A stretch of DNA of 64,000 nt, taken from the NCBI GenBank assembly GCA_964036045.1, contig OZ038378.1, forward strand, positions 169,012,001 through 169,076,000, in the 5' to 3' direction. Position numbers and translations under genes: made by a program. This DNA comes from Eutreptiella sp. 'Long Island Sound 2002' (lineage: Eukaryota > Protista > Euglenida). The notes beneath the pieces are model-generated. The model was not told the origin of the DNA. It searched no databases and worked only from the letters and a program-made list of their open reading frames with translations. Below are positions 25,728-39,100 of this stretch, piece after piece; the stretch's first letter is position 1; each line of letters begins with the position of its first letter.

Positions 25728-28544
25728 CTGTATGGACTGGGTCCGCCCATCTCAAGTAGCTCCAATCATCACAGTGTGCAGCCATTTGTGTCCACTGTCA
25801 CGTCACAGTGCCCCACAGATTTGGTCTCTTCTGAGGGCATTTGGTAATACTTAGAACCAGACGTTAAAACTTAGTAAAATGTGGTAACACTTAGTAGAAA
25901 CAAGGTAAAAATTAGTGAAAAAAATCTGTTTTAAAAAAATTGAGGAAATTTTACCACGCCCCCCCTGTTTTACGAAATAACTTCGCGCTTCGATGTTAGC
26001 TGGTACTTCTGTTTTGGCATCAAGCCTCCAGGTCCATTCCCGGCCACTTCTGTTAGTTGCACCCCACGCAAGCCAAACTATCCTGCACATGTGTGCACAT
26101 GTATCGTATATTACTGCACCCTCCTCCCAAGAAATTCTGTTGCAAGCAAGCAAGCAACAATCAAGCAACAAGCAAGCACCTCATAGATGTGTTTAGTGAA
26201 TTACTCGGTGATCGCACCTGGCGCCAGCCGCAATTCGGCGGGCTTAGACTCCCACAGGTGGCCTTTCCAAATCCCGAGTTTGAGCCTCCAACCGAGCGGT
26301 GGTGCCAAGTCGGGAGGTGCTCTCCCAAATCTTTTTTCTGGCGCCCTAGAAACCATTCAAAACAGCCAAACGAAGGGAAACGGTTGTTACACTGCACATG
26401 CGCTTGACTTCCTGGTATCAAAGACCCCTTTGATACCCCCTAACTCCACAGTATGTCCAATAAACATCCCAAACTCGCGTCAAAAAGCCCCAAAATTTCC
26501 GCAGATTAGCCGCACACAGCCCCAAACCAAGAACGGGCAATATCTTGGGCTACGTGGCTCGAAAAATGATTCCCAGAGCGCCTACACCAATCGCATCCCT
26601 CCACTTTTTTGTGGTTTCCACCCGCCAAAATGGCTTAAACGGACGCCTAGACCCCCGTACCAGTGCCCCTTTGGCTGCAGCAAGCTAAACAAGCTGCAGT
26701 GGGTGCCAAATTGGGTCAATGGGTCCATCAGGGCACAAAAATGACTTTTTTTAAAAGTTGCTCCTAGACCACATAAAATCCAAAAGTGGCTACTTAACCC
26801 TTGCCGTCTTGGCGGCCACGTGTGGGCAAAATGACTACACACCTGCCATCTTGGGGGTCCCCTAAGCGGGGACAAAATCAAAAACTGGTGCCATGATGTG
26901 CCATGAAATGGTTTGGACGAATCTGATAATGGTCGTCACCCTCTGGCTTCACGAACGTCCTCGCCTAATTCCAAGGTTCAGGCTGTGTCGCACAGTATGT
27001 GAATCAGGGTACAATCAATTGGAACCACTGTCACCCGGGGGGTTCCCAACCCTCTAATGGTGCACCATACACTTCACCCACACATACTTGACAACGGTTC
27101 TTGCCGCTCGATGCATCCGCCTTCTGCGCCACATGAAAGTTTGTAGCAACCGAGTGCTGATTAGCATGAGCGCATGGCGGATGGTATCGATGTGGTGTTG
27201 TATTCGATCATCACGTCCCTGATCCAAAGGGCAACGGGACAGAAGAACAAGCCCTAGAGACGCAGGGCATGGCATTTGAGGTGCGGCAGATGACGGCTGC
27301 TTGGGTTTCTGAACCAGCCTGACGTCTCATTTGTCTTTCTAGACCTGTCACGAGTGACAACCCTGATTGATGCTGTTGCTCTGCATCTTCGTCCCTTCAG
27401 TTGTTCTTCTTTGACACAATCATCATTAAACTGCATCAGTTCGAAAGTCGATCCAATTTTGCTATGTACACTCGGGACGAAATACAATGATTCCATCCGC
27501 CACAACCAAGCCTCAAATGTACAAGACCACGACCAGTGAGTTGGTGGATACTGCTTGTATAATATACTCAAAAACTGGGGTTCTTCTTTGAGGTTTGGGG
27601 GGCTATAGGTTGCCCAATTACTGAGAACCTTGACGGCGGGGGTCAATGGAGCTGGGCGCTACTGAGTGGCAAATGAGACACAGCTGATTCCGCACAAAGC
27701 TCAGTTGCCGGACACTTAACACACACCAGACGATACTTCAAATGGTATTTGACGGTGAACACATGATTGAAGTGGTCCTGTTGGTTGAAGATCAAGTGCT
27801 GCTCCACAGGCTTGTCTCCGTCTGGGTCACTGAAGGGAAAGACCAACAAGGACCCTGGGTGTGGCGAAGGCATGGCACAGCCTTACAAATGGCAGCAAAA
27901 CGCGTGCAGTTCCTGATTTTGACGGTCCTCATCAACAACAGCATCACGAACGGGACACTTAGGCGGCTGGGGGCATTGGCATCTCAACACTGCCAGTCGA
28001 TGTCGTATGGTTTTTGGGAGGACACAGGGGCATAAATTTTGCAAATTTGGATCAGCAGAGGGCAAAGGGAAGAAAATGTGCTGCACAGAAAGCTCTTACT
28101 TGCCACAGAATGCTGCACACAAACACAAGTAGTGGTGTGTGGTGTGTGGTATCCCCACATGACGTTTTGAAGGCCGGTCCTGTCACTTTGGTGTGTGGAA
28201 CGATCGAAATAGATGGGATCGGCCCTGGCCGGAGTGCAATGAACACGAACTTTGGGGGAATCCTTGCACCATGCGCACACTGCGCACTACTTTTCGACTA
28301 AATCCCCCCCCCAAAGAGCCCCAGACGCACCCCTTCCAAACGCACTCAAAGTTAGGCCACCCCAACTAACCTAGCTCGAGACAGTTGCAAGCTACCTTCC
28401 CTTCCCATAAGACATCATGCGGAATGGAAAATGGCCATGAACGGCAATGGTCGCCACCCTGGGCATCACACCCTCAACGACATGCAAGGTTCCTTCTGTT
28501 CAATTGTCAGCTAAGCAAGCCAAGCAAAATGAGCAAAATATGTG

Positions 28545-28905
28545 GAAAAGGTGAAAATAGGTGAATATGGTGAAGTTGGGTGAAAATCAAAATACACCAT
28601 ATCCCCAATGTGAAAGAAGCATCAAAAAGCTGTTGTCAAACAACAATGATGCTCCTAGTATCACAAAGCATGGGTTTCCAGTACGGCCAGACGCCAAATA
28701 CTGTGCACGCACAGCACTAAGGGCCCCCGCTTCAATGATCTTGTGCCCCCTGCCAGTATACATGACATGCGGTGCCTGGGGGACCATCTGGTTGCCCGCC
28801 CTCCCCCCTCCCCCTCCCTCGGCCAGCTCCACCTGTGCAATCTCCCTGCAAAGGCCATGCTAGCAGCGGACTCCCCTCGCCCATCCAAGGAGATGTTTTG
28901 GGGGC
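28545..28905 (+). repeat. Adjacent copies of two dispersed repeats: family A (28545-28700, also 4366-4512) and family B (28760-28905, also 22421-22560)
   Basis: Family A shares ACCATATCCCCAATGTGAAAGAAGCATCAAAA; family B shares GGGGACCATCTGGTTGCCCGCCCTCCCCCCTCCCCCTCCC. Confidence 0.85.
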
Positions 28906-29003
28906 ATAGTTCCCAAGCAATATCAGGAACCGCGGTGGCACCATAGACACCCCCCATCTGCAGACACTGGCTCATTCCCAATCACCCCCGCCCCCTGTGG
29001 ATT

Positions 29004-29500
29004 GTGGGGAAGGGTGACGGCTGTAATGGCGTGCAGGGCATCCTTCACGTTGAGCCAGGCCACTGGGGTGTCAGGCAGTGCATCAATGAGATTGGTCGTT
29101 TCTTGGTCGTTTCAAACTTCGAAATGATGCTCTGCTCAAGTGCATGGGGCCGCACACACTTTTACAGCCTCACTCATGCCCAACCAACAGAAATTGAAGA
29201 TACAGAAAGAGCACCACAAAGACCTCCTCCCATTTCCTCAGATGGTAGTGAATCGACGGTTACTCCCTTGGAAAGGCTGGACAAGGGGGTGGACAGGATA
29301 AGGGATGGTGCTTATGTGCATTGTAGCAGGGCCGCCACACCTCGTGGACAAAGTCTTGACCAATGCTGTGAGGCTCGACGTTCGGTCTCCTTCCAAAAAC
29401 ATCATGGTCGATTGGGCTTGGAGGAGAGTGGAGCCAGTGGACTTCATTGAGACTGTGGAACTGTGCCGCGGTGGAAACCACTGGTCGATGTCATGACAGA
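29004..29500 (+). mobile_element. Ty3/Gypsy-like integrase remnant
   Basis: ILHVEPGHWGVRQCINEIGRF resembles the integrase zinc-binding HHCC motif (HxxxGHxG); downstream HLVDKVLTNAVR resembles the start of the rve core. Frameshifted. Confidence 0.45.
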
Positions 29501-30484
29501 ACGCTTGAAGCATTGGTGCACAGAAATATGGATCTAAATGAAACAAACAAAATGGGTACAAGAACAGGGGTCACGATCGCAAGTACAAGAGCACACTAAT
29601 TTCAGCAGGCATACGCAAAGCACCAAAACAAACATAATCCAATGCATAGCAACGCCCAACGGTACTAGACTAGCCCAACACCCCGAAAACAGAAAAGTAT
29701 GGATCACTGTGATAATTGGCCATTGCTGTTGATATTTAACGTGGTTTCAGGTCCTCCTAATTTGCCCACAACATCCACAGGCACACACACCTCGTTGATG
29801 TGCCACGGGCACCAAGCCCCCGGGTCGATTCCCGGGCACTTGTGTTAGTGGCACCCCACCCGGGCCGAACCATCATGAACACCAATTCGTTGGCACGCGG
29901 CCAATACAACATAGTACAACATAATATAATTGGGATGGGGTGCGGTGCGGCAGCATTGGAAACAAAACCAGGTGTAATGAAAAAAGAGAACCCGGCAAGG
30001 CCGTAACCAACATAAGTGCCAACCACTTACAAGTAGCTACAAAAGACACGCTTGAAGATCAAGGCGGCCAGCATATGTATGGCTCGGTTTCTTTGCCTCT
30101 GTGGGATTTATTGTGCACATCCCAATATAGTTTTTTTTTAATTCCCCTTGCAGCTTGGTGCAAAACTCTTGGTCATTTCTCAATTGACCATCAGCATTTC
30201 ACAGGTATTGCGGAGGCACTACATACCACTGGCGACAGATCAACACACCGGGATAGGTGTTATCACTGGCATCATCATCACCAGCAGCAGCAGCAACTAC
30301 AACAGCAATGGCAACAGCTGTTGTAGCAACATTGGCCGCCCAGAATTGGTGCAGTCTTACACATATGTCAGATTGACACAAGATAGAGGCATGCAAAGTA
30401 CAATGAAGAACCTTACATTCGTGGCACATTATGTGAGGTGTGCCATCACAAACAAGCATGTGTCAATGCGGTCCACAGACTTGG

Positions 30485-30889
30485 GTTTAGGTTTGGTCCC
30501 TTTCAACACACAAAGCACGGACAGTTCTCATTGGGTGTTCTTTCATACATTCAACGGGGTTCAAGGTCCATGCTCTAGGCAAGGCAGGGCATGTGCAGCG
30601 AGTCAGTCTGCTTCAAGTAGATAGTGCATCAATAGGCAAAGGCAACAAGCATGTTGTGTGGTGTGGGTGGGTGGGGTGCATGGCACGGGTCAGTGCGCAG
30701 GACGGGGGGGGGGGGGTTCATCATGTGTCATAAAAAAACAACTGAGGAGCACAGCCGGTATCCTAAGCTATAGTTTAAATCCATAAACTAAGGTTTAGGT
30801 TTTGTCCCTTTCAACACACAAAGCAAAAGCGAGCACAGCTCTCATAGGGTGTTCTTTCATACATTTGTCGGGGTTCAGGGTCCATGCTC
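30485..30889 (+). repeat. ~90-100-bp direct repeat pair (30485-30575 and 30792-30889)
   Basis: Shared GGTTTAGGTTT.GTCCCTTTCAACACACAAAGCA...GGGTGTTCTTTCATACATT...GGGGTTCA.GGTCCATGCTC. Confidence 0.85.
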
Positions 30890-31005
30890 CAACCCAATGT
30901 ATACACTGTGCAGAAACCCCCCCCACCAGCCCTTGTAGCGCATTGTTCCCACTATCATTAGTGTGTGCACAGTTTCCATGTCCGGTTTCAGTTTTGTGTG
31001 TAGTG

Positions 31006-31712
31006 CTATGTACACCGTGTCGTCCGGTGTTTTTCACACTTCATCCACCTTGATGGTACGCCGGCCGGGTTGAGTTCACCCTTCACCCACAGCACCTCGA
31101 CCACCATGCTTGGCCATCTGAGCGTGTGTTGTAGTTGGTGCGGCAGTTTGTTTTGTGTTGCACATCCGGTAGCTGCCCTACCATGTTTGGCGAACAGTAA
31201 AGAGGATAGGTTGTCCCAATCTCGTTTAAGGTACTGTGCACACTTGTACACGCCCAAGTGGACCGAATCCACCACCCCAGCCAACTGCCAACTCGCCTAC
31301 TGTGTAGCTACCCAGTGTGGTAGCTGTGTTATACGCACACCCATGTCTTTCCCCCAATGTCCCACATAATATAGTGCCCCTTGCCAGGCTGTATCACAGA
31401 ACATAGTGCCCATTCTAGGCATAGGCCCTAGGTCCAAAGCAAAATGGCACAAGCAATGCCCTGGCCCTCAATGCCCTCCAGTAGGCCACGCAGGACCTTC
31501 GTTGGCGGGCACTTAGCCGTTAGCAGCCCCAAGGTTAGCCACTTGTACACACCTACCAAGAATGCTTGTGTGGCCTGACTTGCCCATTGCAGTTTACCAG
31601 CATTCTCCTTCGGCCCTTTGCTGTGTAGCCGGTAGTGGCTAGGCAAAGCCAACAACAGACTAGATAGGCTTGCAGGGACGGCTCCTTCGTTGCCCCCCAC
31701 CTGCTTCCCCAT
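31006..31712 (-). mobile_element. DIRS/Ngaro-like (tyrosine-recombinase) retrotransposon remnant: RT C-terminus and RNase H
   Basis: AGKLQWASQAT..., then MFCDTAWQGALYYVGHWGKDMGVRITQLPHWVATQ*ASWQLAGVV...DWDNLSS...HGRA...VLWVKGELNPAGVPSR. This fits the DIRS-type RNase H layout (FxDA, DN, WVxSxxNPADxPSR), with one in-frame stop. Confidence 0.7.
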
Positions 31713-31838
31713 CCACTACAATGTGGTCTACCCGGGATTTCGGGCTCACTACCCAACCTCCCTTCTCCAAGTCCATTTTGGTGGCTACGATGTGTGTCCT
31801 CACCCGGTCCGGACACTTGCACCCAACGCTTCGGCGCA

Positions 31839-32051
31839 AGGGACAAAATCAGTAAAGGCCCACAAGTGGGCACATTGGCTACATACCCCTTGCCGTCTAG
31901 GGGGTCCCCAACATTTCATAGCGGGGCAGAAAATCAGAAGTGGGCCACATGTGGGCGGATTGGCTGCATACCCCCTGCCGTTGGGGGGTCCCCAACACTT
32001 CATAGCGGGGGACAAAATCAGAAGTGGCCCACAAATGGGCGGATTGGCTGC
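31839..32051 (+). repeat. Tandem ~84-bp satellite (2.5 units); inverted copy at ~33062-33149; related fragments near 4260, 5290 and 26790-26880
   Basis: GGGGACAAAATCAGAAGTGGCCCACA..TGGGCGGATTGGCTGCATA.CCCCTGCCGT..GGGGTCCCCAAC recurs at 31839, 31923 and 32007. Confidence 0.85.
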
Positions 32052-32379
32052 ATAGGGGGCGTGTTCACACAGCACGGGCACAGCGCCAATTATTACGTTG
32101 TTTATCCCGGGAACACCCCTGAAAACCACCCACCTACAGAAGCATGCATGGTCAATTCAAAGCAGCATGGGGTGCAGAACTCAGGACACTGGGAGCCGTG
32201 GCAAGCATCAGACTAAAACAAAAAAATCCCTGGTGCACCAGCAAGGGCTGTAGGGTGCAGAATTCAGGACCCTGGGACCCATGGCTACCGGTGGTGGAAA
32301 CAGCCCACTTTTCGCACAGCGCACGGTGCGCCCCCATAACCCCTGCCATTTGGGGGGTGCCCAACGCTTCAGAGAGAAA

Positions 32380-33180
32380 ATTAGGAAAAAAACATTTAGT
32401 TACTAAGTTTTTCCTCTGCGGGTGGGGTTTTTTTACTAAGTAAATTACTTAGTAAAAATTTCTTTTTTCTACGAAGTAAATTACCCCCCCCCCCTTTGTA
32501 ATAGCTACGCCAAAGTACGGAATTAATACGATCCCTACGCCTACTGTAGCTATTACAAGGGCGTAGCTTGCGCACGACACATACAACTACCGACATACAC
32601 GTGAGAGAATGCATGGTATGAGTGCACCTTAACCTGCGCCTATGTTCCCAAAGGCATGCAAACACAAGAAAGTGTTTGAGACATGAAAATTCAGGTTCAC
32701 ACCCATGTTCTCACAAGCTATGAAGCATCCATGACCCTATGTAGCTGGTAAATTTGTCACCAAACCCATGTGTTATGCGGCTGCACTACATTTGTACCGA
32801 ATTAAAATTAGGTACCAAATTAATACGGTCCCTACGCCTACTGTAGCTATTACAAGGGCGTAGCTATTACAAGGGGGGGGGGGGGTACTTAGTAGAAAAA
32901 ATGTTGTTTTTTTCTACTGAGTAATTTCCTGAGTAGAATTTTTTTTGTGAAGTACACAAAGTAGTAGTTTTTTTTGTAGGAGGTAAAAAACTTAGTAGAA
33001 ATTTTTTCGTTTTACTCAGTACAAAACTTAGTAAAAAAAGTTGAGGTTCGGGACTCCTGCTCCCCACTGTGAAACATTGGGACCCCCCAGACGGGAGGGG
33101 TTATGTCGCCTATCTGCCCACTTGTGGGCCACTTCTGATTTTGTCCCCTGAAAATTAGTAAAAAAAAATTAGTAACTCAG
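32380..33180. repeat. AT-rich CTTAGTA/TACTAAG motif array (host of the 32484 MITE); a related tract lies at ~25845-25980
   Basis: Repeated CTTAGTA(A/G)AAA and TTACTAAG motifs separated by A/T runs. Confidence 0.7.
32484..32885. mobile_element. MITE with poly-C/poly-G TIRs and TA TSD (Tc1/mariner-like signature), 402 bp
   Basis: TA|C11-TTTGTAATAGCTACGCC ... GGCGTAGCTATTACAA-G13|TA. A ~48-bp internal direct repeat lies at 32521-32568 and 32817-32864. Removing the element and one TA gives AGTAAATTACTTAGTA, a motif also present just upstream (~32439-32454). Confidence 0.85.
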
Positions 33181-36100
33181 TATTACCCGGGCCCCAATCT
33201 GCTACCCACTGTGTGTGCATTGCTTGGTAGACAAGACACAACTCAAGCCATGCTGCCACCACAGAACCGCTTCGGCATAGCTGGACCCGGTTACCATAAA
33301 TTCGGCCGCCTACACCTCCAGCACAGCCCTTTTGGGGTCCCATGTGTGCCATGCCTCCTCCGAACACGCACTCTGCCTCAGCACCACCCTGATGGCTGCG
33401 GCTGCACGACCATGCACTGGTGGCATTCTGCCAGCAGCCTTGCAAAGCCGCCTTGACTTCGCAAAACCGGCACGGACAGAAGTACCTGCGACCAGATTTA
33501 TGCTCGCCTAACCACCGCATCGCTTCCCAATCACCCACCTTGTGTGCAGTCAGCGAGTCGTCTCCTGGTACATCCGCCACCACCTCCATTGTCCACTGGT
33601 GCTTCCGTCGCCCCCCTCGCCACGTCGCTCACACATGACCCCACAGATTCCTGAGGACTAAAGGGACAGCCTTGGGTACAACCGAGTTCGCCACAGTGTC
33701 TCAAAGCAGCAGGGCCTGGAACTGGAATTGCCCCACCACTGCACGCCAGCACTTCTTTTGGTGGATAGTGCACATTTTTAATGGCTGACCCACTCAGGGG
33801 ACTTGGACAACGGTAATGCCTCCCATGGCTTGCCTGCTGCTTCTCTTGCCCCATCTGTCCTCGTACTTTGTTGAATTACCTTGTGCCATTGAAAACTCAT
33901 GGGGTTCCCGCGCTCCTATGAAAGAGACTCTTCAAGTCTCATCAGTTCTTGATGAGCAATGTACCTCTACACATCATCATTTGAACGAGGAATGTGCTTG
34001 AAGACTGGCATCACTGATCGCATTGTTTGCTCCCATCATTTGCTTTCGTAGACACAATGTGGCCCCACAGTGTTCCTTGTGCACAGAACTGAATTTCTCT
34101 GACATGTGGTATCCATTAAGGAGTCTTGCGAGCTGAAACCCCGCGATCCGTCAAGGATATTGCAAGGTTAGGTCAAGGACATTACTGCTCAGTACCAACA
34201 TTTTCCTCCCTTAATACGAGCCGGTGTTTGCTGGTTGAGAAATGCTCATGAGTGAAACACGTTTGCAAATATTTTGTGCACCTTGTGGACCAGACTGCTG
34301 ACTGGCAAACTGTAATGAAAGCGCAGAAAGTTGCCGAAGACCCACCTTGTGCTGCCAGACAGGGCGCGGCTTACACAAGGGTTTGGGTGGCTCTGCTTTT
34401 GACAACATCCCTTGGCAAATTCAATGAATGCAAGTCCTGAGTTTGGGACAAAGACGGCAAGAATAGAAAATTGCTGGGGCCGTGGTTTTGGTTCAGGCTT
34501 GGCTCTTCTCCCATCCAACCCCGTTACTTTGGCAGATAATGATGATCTGTGTTGTTGTGTCACATGTGGCGTGTGGGGCAGCTGCTGGAGGGTTTGGGGG
34601 TGCACAATATACCAGGAGAGACCAGACTGCACATGTGTGCACCCATAGGAGGGAACACCAATTTAAATAGCTACCCTCCGATGTTCACACAGCAGACAGA
34701 ATCCAAGATGTACACTTGTGTAGAAGTGTTGCGAGGTGGTCAGGAGCTGGTTTTGTCTGTCTATTGACTGGGTGCCCATGCTTGTGAAACACAGGGGGGT
34801 TTTAGTTTTCAGCTGCAGCCGTGTTGCACATCACACAATCGTCCAATGCGGAAAGCGCAGTATCACCGTCCCGCAGATATACAGTATCTGAGCCGATCCA
34901 ACGGTGTACCCTGGAAATTGCAATGCAGACAATGGAGTCCCACTTGTTATGCACCGACCCTGAAAACCTGTGTGCACCGAAACTGTGGTACCAAAACAAA
35001 AGCGTGGTTTGATGGTGGGCCGAGTCATTGGGCAACGAGGCCGCTGCACATGTTGGAGGAGGTTGTAGATTTGTCCAGACCTGGTGCTGCTGCTTCATGT
35101 TGGTCACGAGCTGGTCACATGGTGCATCAATGTCTCTAATGTGTTGTATGGCATGCCCTTGCTTGCATTCCGTTGCCAAGTCTGTCCTGCCATGCGACGT
35201 TGCGACTGCTCTGCAATCTCCCAATCCAGGATTCCTTACCCAAACAGCACCAACGGCAAAACACGCCCATTGATCCATTGTAGCCCAGGCATCCAGGAGT
35301 GAGCGTGACCAGACAAAGGGGTCCATTGGGCCAAACGACAATACTGGAGCTCGGTTGCACGCATTGCAGTGTATGCATATGCATATACAATCTGAGGTCC
35401 AGGCACATACCCCATATATCCATGTGTGCCCGCACATCTCTGGTGTGATCTGCAATGCGCATAATGCCACACAAGCAAGCACATGCAATGACACTCAGTC
35501 CCGCCGTTTCCCCTCCACAGGGAGTGTCTCTTGAGGTTCTGTGTTTCGTGTTTCGTCTCCCGGATGATCTCACACATTTTCTGGACACGATGATGCAAGT
35601 GAAATACAGAAGCTTCAGTTCCCCGAAAACCTGAAAGGATGCTGCCATGGAAAAACAGCGCCTGCGCTATCTGATCCAACCCAAATCAACACTCAGTGTG
35701 CTCAATGTAGCCTCTGAATTCCTTGCATTTTGCTACATTGCACTGAATTACACCATACACAAAAAAGCTCGGCTGCACAACACAAAGCGGAAGGAAGAGG
35801 GGAGAGAACTGATAGATATGGGAACATACAAGACCATGGAAAGCAACAGCAGCATATGAAGGAAAAAAACAGGGGGGCAGACTTCAGAGGACAGGGTCAG
35901 CTGGATACAGGGAATGGCTGCATGGGTGCACACGCATGGTCCGCGTTGGGCAGATGGAAGTCACGCAGTTGTCAAAATGGTGGAGGTTTGCGACTTGATG
36001 ATTTTAATTTGAAATTCGTTGAATTGCGATTTTGGACGCCTGATTCCAACAGCAAATTTCCGGCAGTTGCTCTTCTTTGCCACACCAGGAGCACACTGTA

Positions 36101-39100
36101 CAACCGCTCACTCCAAGATGTTAGTGCCAAACATGGAATGCGAGTTATTGAGACATGAATTGAGACATGAACTACATCAACAAATAGTTTGTGCGGTGTT
36201 GCCAAAGGGAAAAAAGAAAGTGAGGGATGCAAACAAATTCTGCGCATGTAATTTCACAAATGTAGGGTAGCAGACTGAATGTTAAACAGGGTGGTGAGGC
36301 TTTCAGTGTAAGGCGGGGGGGCAGGGGGGCGATCAATAGAGCCCCCCAGCCAGAACCTCCACACACCCCAAGAGGGCTCAATTGACAGGCACCCCAAAAT
36401 CAAATCAGGGACTTCCATGGTCTCAATGGCGGTGCCATTTGTGTGTAAGGACACTTGGCCCAACGTCATTTCTGGCCAAATAGGTGTGTAGGACACCTGA
36501 ATGGCATTCCATGATAACCCCACATGAGCTACAAGGAGTCCAAGTCACAGTCAAAGCCAAAATAATCAGAGTCAGAGATAGAATTAGAGGAAGAGCTTGA
36601 GCCATCACTCAGTCAAGGCACAGTCAGAGCTACAAGCAGAAGTTTACATTGAGCTGCAGGGGGAACATGCATCTACCCACCCGTGATGCGCATGGTTAGG
36701 ATCGGCCACCTATACAAACACACTCGAGACATAGCCAACAGCCTCTCCTTCGGCACAGGCGTCAAGCATAGCTAGTGTTAACCCACTGTGGCAGAATGAG
36801 CACCCTTGCAATTCATCACCATCAAGGTATACATGCCCCCTGCTGTATAGGGGTGGCCTTAGCAGGGAGGAGACAAAGGGCTGCGTAAACTCTACCATAT
36901 CTTGTCCTCAAACGGGGGAGGAATTGAATAGCCGCTTGGATAATGCATGCCATGCATGCCAACAATCCCTCATTCACAAATGGTTCCTTTCAATTGATCC
37001 CTCTTCTCGACCCCCGACCCCCAAGGTTTCGGGGGGCTCCATTGAACCCTGCCCTCCCCCCACACAGACTGAAATACCCACGTCAAAATGTCAAATAAGG
37101 TCCTGGCAAAAACACACGGAAGGGTTCGTTTGTGCTGTATTTTTGTGGAGAACATCCTCCACGTTGGGGGTGGTCGAACTGAGGGCCCAATGGCCCTGGG
37201 TGCTGGGCACACCCCAATGCTACAAGCACCAACTGGGCGCTCTGTCGGAGCTGGAAAAGGAAAAGAAAAGCAGCACCCATGTCGTCACATGGAGCGCATA
37301 GTTGTGGGTAATCCACAGCCATTGACCGGAACCGACAACACAAGCGGGTAACTGACGGCAGTTGGCCGGTGGCTGACGGCGGAACGGGTGGGGGCGTCTA
37401 TTAGCAAACTAAACAAAGAAGACAACCGCGTTCTGAAATACCACCGCGACACCAATTGGTTGACGTGGGGGTCCACAACCCTTGTGCATCATCTGTTTTA
37501 CTGAGGGGGGACGGGGGGGGTGGGGGGTTGGAACCGTGCAGCCCCCAATATTGTATAGGGCCCATGCAGGACCCGTGACCCCAAACCCCATCAGCAAAAG
37601 TCTGGAGCACACACAACAGCCGCATGTCTCCCACGCAATCCCCAGCTCTTTGTGTTGCACTTGTATTGACGAGAAAGGATGATGGCCGGGCTCATCTCAC
37701 ACAAATCCGATCCCCCTTTGATTGAGTGATTCTTGGACAGAAATTACAGCTTTGTATTTGGAGGTGAGAAAAGTGATGGGCACCGTGGATTAAATTTCGC
37801 TTGCGGGGCAGGTTGGGAAGGGGGAGAGGGGTGTAGGACAGGATCGGGAAAAGCGGAGCGTGCACGGATCCCAAGGGGAACCCTCGTGCAAAAGGGGGAG
37901 GGGGTAGGCTTCCACATTGCGCACACACGGTTGCATGGGGAGGGGGGTGGGGGGGGGAGGGGGTTAGATGGGAATACTGGTACGCAGGAGTGAGGATCCC
38001 GCCAGTCTGAGCACCGAATCTCGCTCAAATTGTTTTGGATGAGATACCCATTTGGTCTGGGGCCCCAGGATTTGCAGCCCCAACCGGATCGATATCACGG
38101 CAGTTCAACGGGTAAAAATTTGGCCCGCAACAAAAACCTTCGCACAGCGATGCCGATCAAAGTAGCGCCAATGTGTTCTGACGGGGCCTTTAGGCATTAT
38201 AGTCCCCCTTCCCTCCCTGTAAACAACACCGAAAAACAACAATGGACGCCGCCAACTTCCGCTGGTGCTGATCTGGACAACCCCAGGGCTGCTGCGCCAC
38301 GCTGTTGGTTTGCACAGGTGGAGTTTTTGGTCCGAGTCAAAGGGCCAGGACGCTTGGTCTTGGATTTGCCTTTGGATTGTGGCAATCAATGACGGAATGC
38401 GCCCAAGCATCACTTGCCGCATCAGCAATTCCTCCCACAACATATGGCAGAAGCAGCTCAACATCTTCCCGTCCGAAGGGCAGGACCACAGAATGTACGG
38501 TTCCATGCCAGACGGCACCACGCCGTGCATTGCTTGGAGGAGGCAACAGGAATCGCTCAGAGAAGAGGCACTCCTTTCCCCCGCGTTCCCCACCCCTCTC
38601 CAATTGCATGTGCCGCCAAAACACATCCAGGCAGTCAGCCCCAAGGGCCAATGGTGTGTCATCCTTCCCACAGAGGCCGTTTATGCTTTGTCAGTGTCCT
38701 TCGGGTACTTTGGAAGGCTCGCCACTTCCTGCTTGGAAACCTCCAAAGCCTTCATCATTTGCTTCTTAAAGTAGCTGGGCCTTGTATCCGCATCTCGAGC
38801 TGCACGAATCTTCTGGATGTACTCTTTCTCGAAAAGCCTGCAACAGTCGCAGCAGAAATGCCATCTCCGTAAGCAGCTTTCGAGTCAGTTGTCCCCACAG
38901 GTCAACCCTCCCCCTCAGAAGAATCCCCCACCGGATACATGCTATGGTAACATGCACCCTGTCTCCAAATGACCGTAAGGGAAATCTCAGTCACACCCTC
39001 CAAGCACACGCTATGAAGAAGCGTGGCTTGTCTGGGGAAGAGCCGCAAGGGAACGAAAGACTGGGGAACTGAGCGCGTAGGACTATAAATGAAGAAAAAG

